From assembly GCA_963825525.1 (NCBI GenBank), contig CAWGTN010000002.1, positions 1,824,001 to 1,888,000 on the forward strand: 64,000 nucleotides of DNA, read 5' to 3'. Each line of letters opens with the position of its first letter. Position 1 is the first letter of the stretch. Below are positions 20,481-34,035 of the stretch, in pieces. The position numbers and the translations under genes were made by a program. The stretch is from an uncultured Chloroflexia bacterium (GTDB taxonomy: Bacteria; Chloroflexota; Limnocylindria; QHBO01). The notes below the pieces were generated by a model. That model was not told where the DNA came from and did no database searches. It saw nothing but the letters and a program-made list of their open reading frames with translations.

Positions 20481-22129
20481 GATGCCTCCCCGGCGGTAAG
20501 CCGATCCCGACGCAGCGCCGCGTGCGAAGAGCTGCGCTCGTCTCGACGGTTGGGACGCGCGTCGAGGCGCCAGATGGCGTACTCGAGCGAGTCGTGGAGT
20601 GCGGCCAGGCTGGCGGCAATGATGTTGGCCTCGGCGCCGGCCGTGATCCACGTTCCCGTTTCGTGGCCGGTCTCGATGATCACCCGCGTCCGTGCCTTGG
20701 TTGCCGCCTCGCCGTCGATGATGCGCACCTTGTAGTCGACGAGGTGCACGTCATCCAGCGCGGGGTAGAACGCCCCGAGCGCCTTGCGCAGCGCCAGGTC
20801 GAGTGCGTTGACCGGGCCGTTGCCGTCGGCCGCGGTGTGGAGGATCTCGCCATCGACCTCGACCTTCACGCTGGCCTCGGCCCGGGGCGACGCGCCGTTC
20901 CGTCGCTCGACGATGACCGTGTAATCCACGATCCGGAATGGCGCCACGTAGTCGTCGCGCCGTCGCCGGACGAGGAGGTCGAATGACGCGTCGGCGCCCT
21001 CGAAGCTGGCGCCCTCGGACTCGAGCTGCTTCACGAGGCGTGACAGCTCCGCCGGGTCCAGCCCCTCCGATGCCAGCTCGCCGAGCTGGCGCACGCGCCA
21101 TGCGGCGTTCGCCTTCCCGCCCAGCTCGCTGACGACGAGACGCGACGTGCCGCCGACGATCACCGGATCCACGTGCTGGTAGGCCTGCTCGACCTTTGCC
21201 GTCGCCGCTCCGTGGACGCCGCCCTTGTGGGCGAATGCGCTCGTGCCGACGTACGGCTGATGGGCATCCGGCGCGATGTTCGCCACCTCCGCCACGAAAC
21301 GCGACAGCTCGGGGAGGTGAGTGAGGTCGTCGCCGGCGGGAACGGTGGGAAGTCCCAGCTTCAGCGCCAGGTTGGCCCAGATGGTGACGAGATTCGCGTT
21401 TCCGCAGCGCTCGCCATAGCCGTTGATCGTCCCCTGGACGTGACGAGCGCCGGCCTGGACGGCGGCGAGGGAGTTTGCCACCGCCAGGCCGGCATCGTCA
21501 TGAACATGGATGCCGAGGGCCACGTCGGTGCCCAGCTCGTCTCCCACGCTCCGCGTCAGGGCGGCGACCTCATCGGTGAGGCAGCCGCCGTTGGTATCGC
21601 ACAGCACCACGGTCGTCGCGCCGGCCTCGACAGCCGCGCGCAGGGTGGCGAGGGCGTAGGCCGCATCGGCCTTGTAGCCGTCGAAGAAGTGCTCCGCGTC
21701 GTAGACCACCTCGCGGCCGGCGTCGCGGAGGAAGGCGACAGACTCGGCGACCATCGCCAGGTTCTCCTCCGCTGTGGCGCCCAGGACGTCGGTGACGTGG
21801 AGCAGCCAGCTCTTGCCGAAGATGGTGGTCACCGGCGTCTCCGCCTGGATCAGCGCTCGCAGGTTCGGGTCATCCTCGGCACGGTTCGACCGGTGTCGCG
21901 TGGAGCCGAAGGCCGACAGCTTTGCGTTGCGGAACGTCATGCCGCGGGCCGCCGCGAAGAACTCCTCGTCCTTCGGGTTCGAGCCCGGCCAGCCGCCCTC
22001 GACGTATGGGAAACCGGCCTCGTCGAGCCGTCGCGCGATCTTCAGCTTGTCGGCCAGGGACAGGACGAGGCCCTCGCGCTGCGTGCCGTCACGCAGGGTC
22101 GTGTCGTAGAGGAGGATGGGCGAGGTCAC
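20477..22129 (-). CDS. cimA: Citramalate synthase
   Basis: YDTTLRDGTQREG, EGGWPGSNPKD, GKSW, DAEHFFDG, AFAHKGGVH. Confidence 0.9.
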   Translation of the reverse strand: MTSPILLYDTTLRDGTQREGLVLSLADKLKIARRLDEAGFPYVEGGWPGSNPKDEEFFAAARGMTFRNAKLSAFGSTRHRSNRAEDDPNLRALIQAETPVTTIFGKSWLLHVTDVLGATAEENLAMVAESVAFLRDAGREVVYDAEHFFDGYKADAAYALATLRAAVEAGATTVVLCDTNGGCLTDEVAALTRSVGDELGTDVALGIHVHDDAGLAVANSLAAVQAGARHVQGTINGYGERCGNANLVTIWANLALKLGLPTVPAGDDLTHLPELSRFVAEVANIAPDAHQPYVGTSAFAHKGGVHGAATAKVEQAYQHVDPVIVGGTSRLVVSELGGKANAAWRVRQLGELASEGLDPAELSRLVKQLESEGASFEGADASFDLLVRRRRDDYVAPFRIVDYTVIVERRNGASPRAEASVKVEVDGEILHTAADGNGPVNALDLALRKALGAFYPALDDVHLVDYKVRIIDGEAATKARTRVIIETGHETGTWITAGAEANIIAASLAALHDSLEYAIWRLDARPNRRDERSSSHAALRRDRLTAGEAS

Positions 22130-23227
22130 GCGGCCACCCCGGCACCGGCCCCGATACGAGCCAGCAGGAAGGACGCGACGGCCTCGGTCCCGTCCGTACC
22201 GCCCAGGTCGGCGGTCCGCGGACCGTGCTCGATGGCCGCGTCAACGGCAGATTCGAGCAGGTCGGCGGCGCTCGGCTTGGCCCAGGCTCAGGCGCAGCAT
22301 CATCGCGGCGCTGGCGACCGTGGCCAGCGGGTTGGCGATGCCGTCCCCCGCGATGCCGGGAGCGCTGCCATGCACGGGCTCGAAGAGGCCGAACCGGCCA
22401 CCCGCGGTCGGGCGCGTGCCCAGGCTGGCCGATGCCATGAGCCCCAGCGATCCGGCAATCGCCGCCGCCTCGTCCGAGAGGATGTCGCCGAACAGGTTCT
22501 CGGTCACGATCACGTCGTAGGCGGTCGGCTGAGTCAGGATCAGGTAGGCGGTCGAGTCGACCAGCGCGTGCTCGACGGCGACCGACGGATGCCGCTCGGC
22601 AATCTCGTTGACGACCTCCCGCCACAGGCGGCTGGACGCCAGGACGTTGGCCTTGTCCACGCTCGTCAGCTTCCCGCGCCGCCCTTCCGCCAGCTCGAAT
22701 GCCAGCTCCACGATGCGCTCGATCTCGCCGCGCGTGTAGCGCAGGGTGTCGACGACCGACTCGACGCCGTCATGTGCCTCGCGCCCCTGCGGGCGTCCGA
22801 AGTAGAGGCCGCCGGTGAGCTCGCGGAGGATGAGGATGTCGGCGCCGGCTCGCACCTCCGGCCGGAGCGGCGAGGCCGATGCGAGTGCCTCGTGCGCCTG
22901 GACCGGGCGCAGATTGGCGAAGAGCTCCAGCTCGGCGCGCAGGGCAAGCAGCGCGTCCTCGGGCCGTGCCGGCGCGCCGGGATCGTCCCATTGCGGCCCG
23001 CCGACGGCACCGAGCAGCACCGCGTCCGCATCGCGGCATGCCTGCAGCGTCGCGGCCGGAAGCGCGGCGCCCGTCGCATCGATGGCGGCTCCGCCGACGA
23101 GCTGCTCGTCCCAGGTGACCGCGAAGCCGAACCCGAGGCCGGCCGCGTCCACGCAGCGCCGCGCCACGTCACAGACTTCGGGGCCGATGCCGTCGCCGGG
23201 GAGATACGCGACCCGATGATCGGTCAT
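22126..23227 (-). CDS. leuB: 3-isopropylmalate dehydrogenase (frameshift near 22270)
   Basis: GDGIGPE, RELTGGLYFG, VDKANV, NLFGDILSD, EPVHGSAP. Confidence 0.9.
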
Positions 23228-24864
23228 GGATGGCTCCCTGCCGGTGAGGGGAGTGGCTCGCCCCCGGCTCGACGCTGTCGCGCTGCCTCCATGGCATCGG
23301 CGGCGACCGGGTGCTCGGCGATGAGCTTGTTCACGGCCGCCAGGTAGGCGCGCAGCGAGGCCTCGACCACGTTGGTCGACAGGCCGTGCCCGGTGAAGAT
23401 CTGCGGCACGTCGCCATCGCCCGCCGGCGCGGAGATCTTGACCGTCGCCTCGCCCTGTGCATCCTCGCCCGAACCGACCGAGCGGAGCTGGTAGTCCACC
23501 AGCTGGGGTCGCCCGCTGATGATCTGCTCGAGGGCGTTGTCCACTGCGGAGAGCAGGGCGTCGACCGGGCCGTTGCCGCCGGCGAAGGCGCGGAACGTCT
23601 TGCCCTCGTAGAACAGCGAGACGTTGCCCGAGCTCGACTCGCCCTGCCGGCTGGCGGCCGCCCAATGCTCGAGGCCGATGAGCTGAGGAACGGGATCGGC
23701 GTGCTGCTCGGCCAGCGCCATCAGGTCGGCATCGGTCACCTGCTTCTTCTGGTCGCCGAGGGTGATCGCCTCCGCGTAGAGGAGGTCGAGCGTCTCCGGC
23801 TCGACGTGGATGCCAAGGCGTCGCAGGCGCTCGTCGAACCCGGCGCGACCCGAGAGCTTGCCGAGGGTCAGCGTCGAACCCGAGAGCCCAACCGACTCCG
23901 GCGTCATGATCTCGTAGGTCAGCGGGTTCTTCAGGAAGCCGTCCTGGTGAATGCCCGATTCGTGGGCAAAGGCGTTGGCGCCCACCACGCTCTTGTTGGG
24001 CTGGACCGCGATGCCGGTGAGGTAGCTCACCAGGCGGCTGGCGCTGGTCAGCTGCTCGGTCGTCACCCCGGTGGTCGCGCCTCGAAACTCGGTGGGACGG
24101 GTGCGAAGTGCCATCACGACTTCCTCGAGTGCCGCGTTGCCCGCCCGCTCGCCCAGGCCGTTGACGGTGACCTCGACCTGGCGTGCGCCGGCCTGGATGC
24201 CGGCCAGGGTGTTGGCCGTCGCCAGCCCCAGGTCGTTGTGGCAATGCGTGCTCACGATGGCCCGCTTCCCGACCAGCTTGACCACCTGCCGGATGACCGC
24301 GGCGTACTCCTTCGGCTCGGTGTAGCCGACGGTGTCGGGAACGTTGATGACCGATGCGCCCGATTCCACGGCCGCCTCGTACGCCTCGAGCAGGAAGGGC
24401 AGGTCGGACCGCGACGCGTCCTCGGCGCTGAACTCAACGTCATGGTCCGGGCCGACCATGCGGCGCGCCTGCTCGACGCAGGTCCGAATGCGCTCGAGCA
24501 CCTCCTCGCGCGTCGTCCGCAGCTTGTGGGTGATGTGGATGTCGCTGGTGGCGATGAACACGTGGAGCTGGCGCTTGCGGGCCGGCTCGAGGGCCGCCGC
24601 CGCGACCGTCACGTCGGCCGGGACGCAGCGTGCCAGGGCCGCTATGGCCGGCGCGTCGTCGGCCGCTCCGACCTCCTGCGAGATCCGCCGAACCGCCTCC
24701 GCCTCCCCGGGCGACGCGGCGGGGAATCCCGCCTCGATCACGTCGACGCGCGTGCGGGCAAGCTGCCGCGCAACGGTCACCTTCTCCTCGACCGTCAGCG
24801 ACGCGCCGGGCGTCTGCTCGCCGTCGCGCAGGGTGGTGTCGAAGATGCGGATGCGACGCGCCAT
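23224..24864 (-). CDS. leuA: 2-isopropylmalate synthase
   Basis: [33 protein letters not shown] plus regulatory domain. Confidence 0.95.
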   Translation of the reverse strand: MARRIRIFDTTLRDGEQTPGASLTVEEKVTVARQLARTRVDVIEAGFPAASPGEAEAVRRISQEVGAADDAPAIAALARCVPADVTVAAAALEPARKRQLHVFIATSDIHITHKLRTTREEVLERIRTCVEQARRMVGPDHDVEFSAEDASRSDLPFLLEAYEAAVESGASVINVPDTVGYTEPKEYAAVIRQVVKLVGKRAIVSTHCHNDLGLATANTLAGIQAGARQVEVTVNGLGERAGNAALEEVVMALRTRPTEFRGATTGVTTEQLTSASRLVSYLTGIAVQPNKSVVGANAFAHESGIHQDGFLKNPLTYEIMTPESVGLSGSTLTLGKLSGRAGFDERLRRLGIHVEPETLDLLYAEAITLGDQKKQVTDADLMALAEQHADPVPQLIGLEHWAAASRQGESSSGNVSLFYEGKTFRAFAGGNGPVDALLSAVDNALEQIISGRPQLVDYQLRSVGSGEDAQGEATVKISAPAGDGDVPQIFTGHGLSTNVVEASLRAYLAAVNKLIAEHPVAADAMEAARQRRAGGEPLPSPAGSHP

Positions 24865-25928
24865 CAGGATCCGCCCTCGCCGGACGTGGCATCGGCCGTC
24901 TCGCGTGCGTCGCCGGCCCAGCCGTCGGGTGCCTGCTTCGGGCCGATGAAGGCCATGTGGGACCGCAGCTCGGCGCCGACCTCCTCGAGCCGCGAGCCCG
25001 CGTTCTCGGCGCGCATCCGCTTGAACTCCGGCGCGCCCTTGCGGCCCTCCTCGATCCAGCGCTTCGCGAACGTCCCGTCCTGGATCTCGGTCAGGATGCG
25101 CTTCATCTCGGCCCGGGTCTCCGCGTTGACGATCCGCGGGCCGGACACGTAGTCGCCGTACTCGGCGGTGTCGCTGATCGAGTAGCGCATGTACTGCATG
25201 CCGCCCTGGTACATGAGATCGACGATGAGCTTGAGCTCGTGCATCGTCTCGAAGTACGCGAGCTCAGGCTGGTACCCCGCGTCCACCAGCGTCTCGAACC
25301 CGGCCTGGACCAGCGACGTGACGCCGCCGCACAGGACGGCCTGCTCGCCGAACAGGTCGGTCTCGGTCTCCTCGGCGAACGTCGTCTCCAGGATTCCGGC
25401 CCGTCCCGCACCGATGCCGCGCGCGTAGGCGAGCGTGCGCTGGCGAGCGGTCCCGGTCGCGTCCCGATGCACCGCGAACAGGGCGGGGACGCCACCGCCG
25501 CCCTCGTACAGGCGTCGGACGAGGTGCCCCGGGCCCTTCGGCGCGACCATGCCGACGTCGATGCCGGCGGGCGGGTCGACCTCGCCGAAGTGGATGTTGA
25601 AGCCGTGGGCGAACATCAGCAGCGCCCCGTCGGCCAGGTTCGGCTCGATCTCGCCGTGGTACACGGCCGGTGCCGCGGTATCCGGCACGAGCACCATGAC
25701 CACGCTGGCACGAGCCGTTGCGCTCCCGGCATCGGTCACCTCGAGGCCGGCCTCGCGTGCGCGCTCGGCGGACGTGGAGTCGGGTCGCAGACCGACCACC
25801 ACCCCGACGCCGGACTCGGCGAGGTTGCGGGCGTGTGCCTCGCCCTGGCTGCCGTAGCCGATGACGGCCACCGTCTGGCCGGCCAACGCCGATGGATCGA
25901 TGTCGGCGTCGTAGATGAGCTTGGTCAT
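24864..25928 (-). CDS. ilvC: Ketol-acid reductoisomerase
   Basis: [39 protein letters not shown]. Confidence 0.95.
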   Translation of the reverse strand: MTKLIYDADIDPSALAGQTVAVIGYGSQGEAHARNLAESGVGVVVGLRPDSTSAERAREAGLEVTDAGSATARASVVMVLVPDTAAPAVYHGEIEPNLADGALLMFAHGFNIHFGEVDPPAGIDVGMVAPKGPGHLVRRLYEGGGGVPALFAVHRDATGTARQRTLAYARGIGAGRAGILETTFAEETETDLFGEQAVLCGGVTSLVQAGFETLVDAGYQPELAYFETMHELKLIVDLMYQGGMQYMRYSISDTAEYGDYVSGPRIVNAETRAEMKRILTEIQDGTFAKRWIEEGRKGAPEFKRMRAENAGSRLEEVGAELRSHMAFIGPKQAPDGWAGDARETADATSGEGGS

Positions 25929-26496
25929 TCCGGTGTGGCTCCGTTCTCGGTATCGCTGGATGAATCCGCTGCCATGGCCACGGCACCGGCACGCACGAGG
26001 CGGCGCAGACCGTGGCCGCGAAGCGCCTCCAATGCGCGGTTGATCGCGTCGGGTTCGGCCGTCAGGCGGGCGCGCCAGGCCGATGCATGGCGGGTCAGGA
26101 TCTCGCCGCCGGCCGACGCCAGGACGCCCTCCAGCTCGCGCTTGTCGGCCGTGCCGCGCGGCGGGGTCAGCTCGACCAGGACGAGCTCGAGCTCGAGGTG
26201 CGGTGCGCTCGTCAGGTCCGTCACCTCGAGGACCTCGATGAGTCGCTCGAGCTGGGCGAGGACCTGGCGGAGGTGGCCGTCGTCCCCGCGGATGGCGATC
26301 GTCATGCGTGAGTGGCCCGGTTCGTGGGTCGTGCCCACCGTCAGCGACTCGATGTTGAAGCTCCGCGCGCGGAGCAGCCCCGCGACGCGGTTGAGCGTTC
26401 CGGGTCGGTCGACCACCAGCGCGCTGACGATGTGGCGTCGGTGGACCGCATCGGCCTCGCCGGCCGGTCGAGTCTGACGGGCAGCTGCCATGGCGC

Positions 26497-26500
<4 letters not shown>
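25925..26500 (-). CDS. ilvN: Acetolactate synthase small (regulatory) subunit
   Basis: ACT domain [12 protein letters not shown]...FNIESLTVG...SRMTI. Confidence 0.85.
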
Positions 26501-28243
<1,743 letters not shown>

Positions 28244-28262
28244 GGTTATCGGGTCCTCTGGG

Positions 28263-28301
28263 AGAAACAAGAACCCCGCCTGGCTCTCGGCCTGGCGGGG
28301 T
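28263..28301 (-). terminator. Attenuator terminator of the ilv-leu leader
   Basis: Stem ACCCCGCCAGGC/GCCAGGCGGGGT (one mismatch) followed by TCTTGTTTCT. Confidence 0.75.
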
Positions 28302-28332
28302 GGCGGTTGCGCTGTTCGGGTTGCCTGTCCGG

Positions 28333-28476
28333 CTACTCGGTCGAGCGTCCTCCATCCCGCCATCCAAGAAGGATGACGAGCCGAAGAATGCTGATGAGTA
28401 CGAGCACGCCGAGGATCCCGGACGAAGCCGGGCGCACGGTGGACTCGGCGGCGACAGTGCCGCGCTCAGTGGACAT
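28333..28476 (-). CDS. ilv operon leader peptide (47 aa, contains ILGVLVLISILRLVILL)
   Basis: 14 of 17 consecutive codons are Ile/Leu/Val; followed by antiterminator and terminator; TTGCGC-N17-TAGGGT promoter 6 nt before ATG. Confidence 0.8.
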   Translation of the reverse strand: MSTERGTVAAESTVRPASSGILGVLVLISILRLVILLGWRDGGRSTE

Positions 28477-28566
28477 GGGGCGACCCTACCAGTGCTGTCA
28501 ACCCCGCGCAATCTTCGTGCTCAGTCGCTGCGTCGCGGGCGTCCCGTGCGATGCCGCCAGCGTTCC

Positions 28567-28711
28567 TGCCAGATTCATACGAGAGCCGCACGAGCGGCGC
28601 AATTCAGCCCGATTTTCGTCATATGCCGAATGGCGTGCGCATGGATGAGCTGGCCGTGGCAGAAATCGACTCCGCGTGGCCGCCACACGCGCACCTCATC
28701 TGAATCTGGCA
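28567..28711. repeat. Long imperfect inverted repeat (foldback element)
   Basis: TGCCAGATTCATACGAG pairs with CTCATCTGAATCTGGCA; inner CGATTT/AAATCG stem. Confidence 0.6.
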
Positions 28712-28736
28712 AACATTCACCGTGCGTTCGCCACAC

Positions 28737-30461
28737 TCAGCGCTTGCGCAGCATTTCCGAAAGGCGCGCGCCCGTCGTGACGGCACCCTCCGAAGCCGAT
28801 GAGACGAGCGCCGCGTACTTCGCCAGCACGCCTCCGGGATATCGAGGTTCCGGTGCCGACCAGGCGGCCAGTCGTCGCGCCACCTCGTCGGCGTCGACCT
28901 CCAGGTCGAGCGGTCGAGCCTCGACGTCGATCGACACGGTGTCGCCCTCCTGGACGATGGCGATCGGCCCGCCCAGGGCAGCCTCCGGAGCCACGTGTCC
29001 GATCATCAGTCCGTGGGTTCCGCCGCTGAACCGCCCGTCGGTGAGCAGGGCCACGTCGCCGCCGAGGCCCTCGCCGACCAGCGCGGCGGTGACCGACAGC
29101 ATCTCCTGCATGCCGGGGCCGCCAACCGGCCCCTCGTAGCGGATGACGACGACATCGCCCGGGCCGATGCGCTGCGCGCGCACCGCGTCGTAGCAGTCCG
29201 CCTCCGAGTCGAAGACGCGCGCCGGACCGCGGAACTGCCGCATCTCGTGGCCGGCCAGCTTCACGACGCAGCCGTCGGGGGCCAGCGAGCCGCGCAGGAT
29301 GGCGAGGCCGCCCGTCGGCTTGATCGGGTGCTCGAAGGAGACCACAACCTCCTGGCCGATGGTCTCAACGGTCGCATCGGCGATCTCGGCCAGGGTCCTG
29401 CCGTCAACGTTGCGGGTCGAACCGTCCAGCCGATCACCCTTGAGCAGCTCGCGCGCGACGAGCCCGATGCCTCCAGCCTCGTGGATATCGAGCGCGGTGA
29501 ACCGCCCGCCGGGCATGAGCGAAGCAACGATCGGCGTCCGCTCGGCGATCCGGTCGAAGTCCTCCAGCTCCAGCGCAATCCCGAGCTCGTGGGCAATCCC
29601 GAGCAGATGGAGCACGCCGTTCGTCGAGCCACCGGTCGCCGCGACCGAGGCGATCGCGTTGTCGATGGCTGCACGCGTCATGATCGCGGACGGCCGAATG
29701 CCGTCGTTGACCAACTCCATCACCAGCTCCCCGCTGCGTCGCGCGGCATCCAGCTTCGCCGGATCGGTGGCCGGGATGCCGTTCAGGCCCCCCGGCGAGA
29801 TGCCCAGGAACTCGAGCGCGGTGCTCATCGTGTTGGCCGTGAACTGGCCGCCGCAGGCGCCGGGGCCGGGGCACGACAGGTCCTCGATCTCCCGCAGCTC
29901 CTCCAGCGAGATCTTCCCGGCCCGATAGGCCCCGATCGCCTCGAACACGGTCACCACCGTGGCGTCGCGCTTGCCGCGGATCACGCCCGGATTGATCGTG
30001 CCGCTGTAGAGCACGAGGCCCGGCAGGTCCAGGCGCGCCAGCGCCATTGCCGCTGCCGGGATCGTCTTGTCGCAGCCCACCACGCAGACGACACCGTCAA
30101 ACAGGTGACCGCGCGCCACGAGCTCGATCGAATCGGCGATCACCTCGCGGCTCACGAGCGAGGCCTTCATGCCCTCGGTGCCCATCGACACGCCATCGGA
30201 GACCGCGATCGTGTTGAACTCCATCGGCGTGCCGCCCGCCGCCCGGATGCCCTCCTTGACGTGCTCCGCCAGCTCGCGCTGGTTGTAGTTGCAGGGCATC
30301 GTCTCGATCCAGGTCGTGCCGACGCCGATGATCGGCTTCGACAGGTCCTCGTCGGTGAATCCGATGGCCTTGAGCATCGCGCGCGCGGCAGCGCGATCGG
30401 GGCCGTCGAGAAGCACGCGCGAGTGCTCGCGCGGGTCGTAGGGTGGGGCAGGCTCGGTCAT
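28737..30461 (-). CDS. ilvD: Dihydroxy-acid dehydratase
   Basis: [37 protein letters not shown]. Confidence 0.95.
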   Translation of the reverse strand: MTEPAPPYDPREHSRVLLDGPDRAAARAMLKAIGFTDEDLSKPIIGVGTTWIETMPCNYNQRELAEHVKEGIRAAGGTPMEFNTIAVSDGVSMGTEGMKASLVSREVIADSIELVARGHLFDGVVCVVGCDKTIPAAAMALARLDLPGLVLYSGTINPGVIRGKRDATVVTVFEAIGAYRAGKISLEELREIEDLSCPGPGACGGQFTANTMSTALEFLGISPGGLNGIPATDPAKLDAARRSGELVMELVNDGIRPSAIMTRAAIDNAIASVAATGGSTNGVLHLLGIAHELGIALELEDFDRIAERTPIVASLMPGGRFTALDIHEAGGIGLVARELLKGDRLDGSTRNVDGRTLAEIADATVETIGQEVVVSFEHPIKPTGGLAILRGSLAPDGCVVKLAGHEMRQFRGPARVFDSEADCYDAVRAQRIGPGDVVVIRYEGPVGGPGMQEMLSVTAALVGEGLGGDVALLTDGRFSGGTHGLMIGHVAPEAALGGPIAIVQEGDTVSIDVEARPLDLEVDADEVARRLAAWSAPEPRYPGGVLAKYAALVSSASEGAVTTGARLSEMLRKR

Positions 30462-30496
30462 GCGCCGGACTATAGGCGCTGTGTCGAGTGGCCCGC

Positions 30497-31075
30497 TCAG
30501 CTCCGTTTTGCCAGGAACTCGAGCACGCGGCCGATCATGAGCTCGGTGGCCGCGGGGTCATGCGAGGGCAGTGAGGCGTCCGACCACAGGTGCTGGTCGC
30601 CGGGGTAGACGAACAGCTCGGCCTCGTCCGTCGCATCGGTCAGCGCCCGCGCCGCGTCGAGGTCGCCCTCGCCGGCGAAGATCGGATCGGCGTCCATGCC
30701 ATGGACCTGGACCGGCACGCCATCGGGCCACCGCTCGCCGAACTCCTCGACCGGGATGCAGGAGTCGATCAGGATCGCGCCGCGCGCGCCCTCTCGCGTC
30801 TGAGCCAGCTGCTGCGCTGCCATCACTCCCATCGAGACGCCGATGTAGACGAGGTCCGGCGGCAACGCCTCGGCCGCTGCCACGCCGCGCTCGAGGATCG
30901 TCCCGAAGCCGATCGACTTGGCGTGGGCCATTCCCTCGTCGAGAGTGGGGAACGTTCGGCCATCGAAGAGGTCGGGCGTGTGGACGGTGTGCTGCTCACT
31001 GCGGAGCCGGTCGGCGAGCGCGGACATGCCCGGGGTGAGGCCCTGGACGTGGTGGAGCAGGATGACGTCGGCCAT
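30497..31075 (-). CDS. Dienelactone hydrolase family protein
   Basis: HHVQGLT, GVSMG nucleophile elbow, YPGDQH. Confidence 0.8.
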   Translation of the reverse strand: MADVILLHHVQGLTPGMSALADRLRSEQHTVHTPDLFDGRTFPTLDEGMAHAKSIGFGTILERGVAAAEALPPDLVYIGVSMGVMAAQQLAQTREGARGAILIDSCIPVEEFGERWPDGVPVQVHGMDADPIFAGEGDLDAARALTDATDEAELFVYPGDQHLWSDASLPSHDPAATELMIGRVLEFLAKRS

Positions 31076-31100
31076 GGATCGAATATCTCCGTGCGAGTAT

Positions 31101-31120
31101 TGATCGGGATTTCCCGATCA
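31101..31120. promoter_or_regulatory. Palindromic operator TGATCGGGA-TT-TCCCGATCA between divergent genes
   Basis: Perfect 9-bp arms; adjacent to an ArsR-type regulator. Confidence 0.65.
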
Positions 31121-31145
31121 TTCGAGAATGCTAGTCTGATCCATC

Positions 31146-31731
31146 ATGGCTGACAAGTCGCCGGGTCCCGACTACCGCCTGCGAGACGAGCTCGTCCTTG
31201 CATCGGCGTCCCAGGTGCAAGCCATCGGCCATCCACTGCGGACCACGATCCTCGGACTCCTCCACGAACGTGCCGCCAGCGTGACCGAGGTGGCGACCGC
31301 GGTCGGGAAGCCGAGGAGCACCGTCGCGTACCACATGGACGTCCTGCACGAGGCGGGGCTGGTCCGCGTGGTGCGCACGCGTCGCGTTCGGGCCATCGAG
31401 GAGCGGTACTTCGGCCGCACGGCGCGCATGTTCTCGGTCGGCGTCGGTCGACGGGAGCGCGGCGAGCCACTGCCGCTCGACTTCAACGACCTTGATGTCG
31501 CGGCCGATGAATCGCAGTCGGCGTACCAGGCCCATCGGCTGTGGTCGTACATCCGCCACGCCCGGATCCCACCGGAGCGCGCGGCCGAGTTCTGGGCGCG
31601 AGCCGTCGAGCTGGTGAACGAGTTCGACCGCCTGCCCCGTTCGGGCAGCGACGGCGTATGGCTTCGTTCTGGGGATCTACCCGATCCCTGACTATCCGCT
31701 GCTTCCCGACCCGGAAGAGCCCGATTCCTGA
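31146..31731 (+). CDS. ArsR-type winged-helix regulator (frameshift near 31648)
   Basis: HPLRTTIL...VAYHMDVL...GLVRVV...ERYFGRTAR; corrected tail ...YGFVLGIYP. Confidence 0.75.
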
Positions 31732-31753
31732 CCTGGCTTCGCGCCGGGGAATG

Positions 31754-32539
31754 TCACGCGACCGCCGTGGGCTGCCCGATGTGTTCGGACCAGGTTTCCA
31801 GCGGCTCCGTCCGTCCGCGCAGCTCCAGGCGCCGCGACTCCAGGACGGAGGTATCGAGCCCGGCCGCGCTTGCTGCCCGGGCGCTGATGAGGATCTCGCC
31901 GCCGGCCGCTTCCGAGCCCAGCCTGCTGGCGACATTGACGGGATCGCCGAGCGCGGTGAAGTCGCGGACCTGGTCCGTCCCACCAACGAACCCGACCCAC
32001 GCCTCGCCGGTGTGGACGCCGATCCCGACCGGCAGCGCGACCTCGCGAAGGATGGCTCGCGCCGCCTCGATCCCGACCTCGGCGTGGCGCTCGCCCACGA
32101 ACCCGGGGATGAAGAGAGCCATGATGCCGTCGCCGAGAAGCTTGTCCACGAGCCCATTCGGCTCGCGGATCGCGCGGCTCGCGACGCGGACGTATTCGTT
32201 GACGGCGGCGGAGTACTCGGCCGGTGACATCATCTCGGCCATCCCGGTCGAGCCCCGGATGTCGGCGAAGAGCGCGGTGATCTCGATCTCGGCACCGCCG
32301 GGATGCTTCTCCGACTGGCGGAAGCAGCTGTTGCACAGCTGCGGATTGGGCGGATAGCGGCCGTAGCCGAGCGCTCGCATGACGGGCCCGCCGAGGCCGC
32401 CCTGGGGAGCGAGGCACATCTTGCAGCGCGGGTCCGATGGCACGTGGCGGAAGATGCGTCGCTGACGCACGAGATCCGGGTGCTTGCCGGTCAGGATCAT
32501 CTCCCAATCGAGCGAAGATTCCCGGTGTTCGTCGGCCAT
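31754..32539 (-). CDS. Class III adenylate/guanylate cyclase with N-terminal CxxC...CxxC domain
   Basis: [35 protein letters not shown]; CKMC and CNSC. Confidence 0.85.
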   Translation of the reverse strand: MADEHRESSLDWEMILTGKHPDLVRQRRIFRHVPSDPRCKMCLAPQGGLGGPVMRALGYGRYPPNPQLCNSCFRQSEKHPGGAEIEITALFADIRGSTGMAEMMSPAEYSAAVNEYVRVASRAIREPNGLVDKLLGDGIMALFIPGFVGERHAEVGIEAARAILREVALPVGIGVHTGEAWVGFVGGTDQVRDFTALGDPVNVASRLGSEAAGGEILISARAASAAGLDTSVLESRRLELRGRTEPLETWSEHIGQPTAVA

Positions 32540-32603
32540 GGTGCCACTGTATCCGAACCGTCCAGAGCGGGCGCTTGACGGATCGGCTACGGTCGCAGGA
32601 CCG

Positions 32604-34035
32604 ATGAGTGATTCGAACCCCGACTCAGCACGCCCGCGAACGATCGTCGAGAAGATCTGGGACGAGCATGTCGTTGCCGAAGGCACCGATGGAGCTCCCG
32701 ACATCCTCGGCGTCGACCTGCACCTCGTCCACGAGGTGACGAGCCCGCAGGCCTTCGACGGCCTGCGCGAGCGCGGCCTCCGTGTGCGGCGCCCGGGGCA
32801 GACCGTCGCCACCGCCGACCATTCGATCCCGACCACCGACCGCAGCCTCCCGATCGCCGATGAGATCGCCGCGGCCCAGGTGAAGCGCCTGGAGGACAAC
32901 TGCCGAGAGTTCGGCGTCCCGCTCCACGGCATCGGCTCGCCGCACCAGGGGATCGTCCATGTCATCGGCCCGGAGCTGGGCCTGACACAGCCGGGCATGA
33001 CGATCGTGTGCGGTGACTCGCATACCGCGACCCACGGGGCGTTCGGGGCGCTCGCCTTCGGCATCGGAACCACCGAGGTCGAGCACGTGCTGGCGACCCA
33101 GACGCTGCTCCAGCGCCGCCCGAAGACGTTCGAGGTCCGTGTCGACGGGGCGCTCCATCCGGGCGTGACCGCCAAGGACATCATTCTCAGCCTGCTGTCG
33201 CGGATCGGCATCGGCGGCGGGACCGGCCACGTGTTCGAGTACCGCGGCTCGGCGATCCGCGCGCTCGGCATGGAGGGTCGGATGACGATCTGCAACATGA
33301 GCATCGAGGGCGGCGCGCGGGCCGGGCTGATCGCCCCCGACGAGACGACGTTCGAGTACGTCCATGGTCGGCCCGCATGCGCCGCAGGGTGAGGCGTGGG
33401 ACGCGGCAGTCGAGGCATGGCGCCGGCTGCCGACCGACGAGGGGGCGACCTTCGACCGCAGCATCGCCTTCGATGCCGGCGAGCTGACGCCGATGGTGAC
33501 CTACGGCACGAACCCCGGCATGGGCTTCCCGATCACCGAGCGCATCCCGGACCCGGCCACCATGGCCGATGCCAACCAGCGCGCCTCCCTCGAGCACGCG
33601 CTCGAGTACATGGCGCTGACCCCCGGCGAGCCGATCCTGGGCAAGCCGATCGACGTGGTGTTCGTCGGGTCGTGCACAAACTCGCGCATCAGCGACCTGC
33701 GCGAGGCGGCCCGCATGCTCCGGGGCCGCCACGTCGCCGATGGCGTGCGGATGATGGTCGTCCCGGGCTCGACCGAGGTGAAGCGCCAGGCCGAGGCCGA
33801 GGGCCTGTCGACCGTGTTCACTGATGCGGGCGCCGAGTGGCGCGAGGCGGGGTGCTCGATGTGCATCGCGATGAACGGCGACCAGCTCAGCCCCGGCCAG
33901 TACAGCGTCAGCACCAGCAACCGCAACTTCGAGGGCCGGCAGGGCAAGGGCGGCCGCACGTTCCTGGCGTCGCCGCTGACCGCGGTCGCATCGGCGGTGA
34001 CCGGGCGGCTGTCGGATCCGAGGGCGCTGCTGTGA
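32604..34035 (+). CDS. leuC: 3-isopropylmalate dehydratase large subunit (frameshift near 33370)
   Basis: [36 protein letters not shown]. Confidence 0.93.

Noticed and set aside
21173-23347. Long antisense ORFs (also 23311-25152, 26312-28222, 43431-45353 and most of 45672-48020)
   Set aside because: Shadow frames of real high-GC genes; no recognisable motifs
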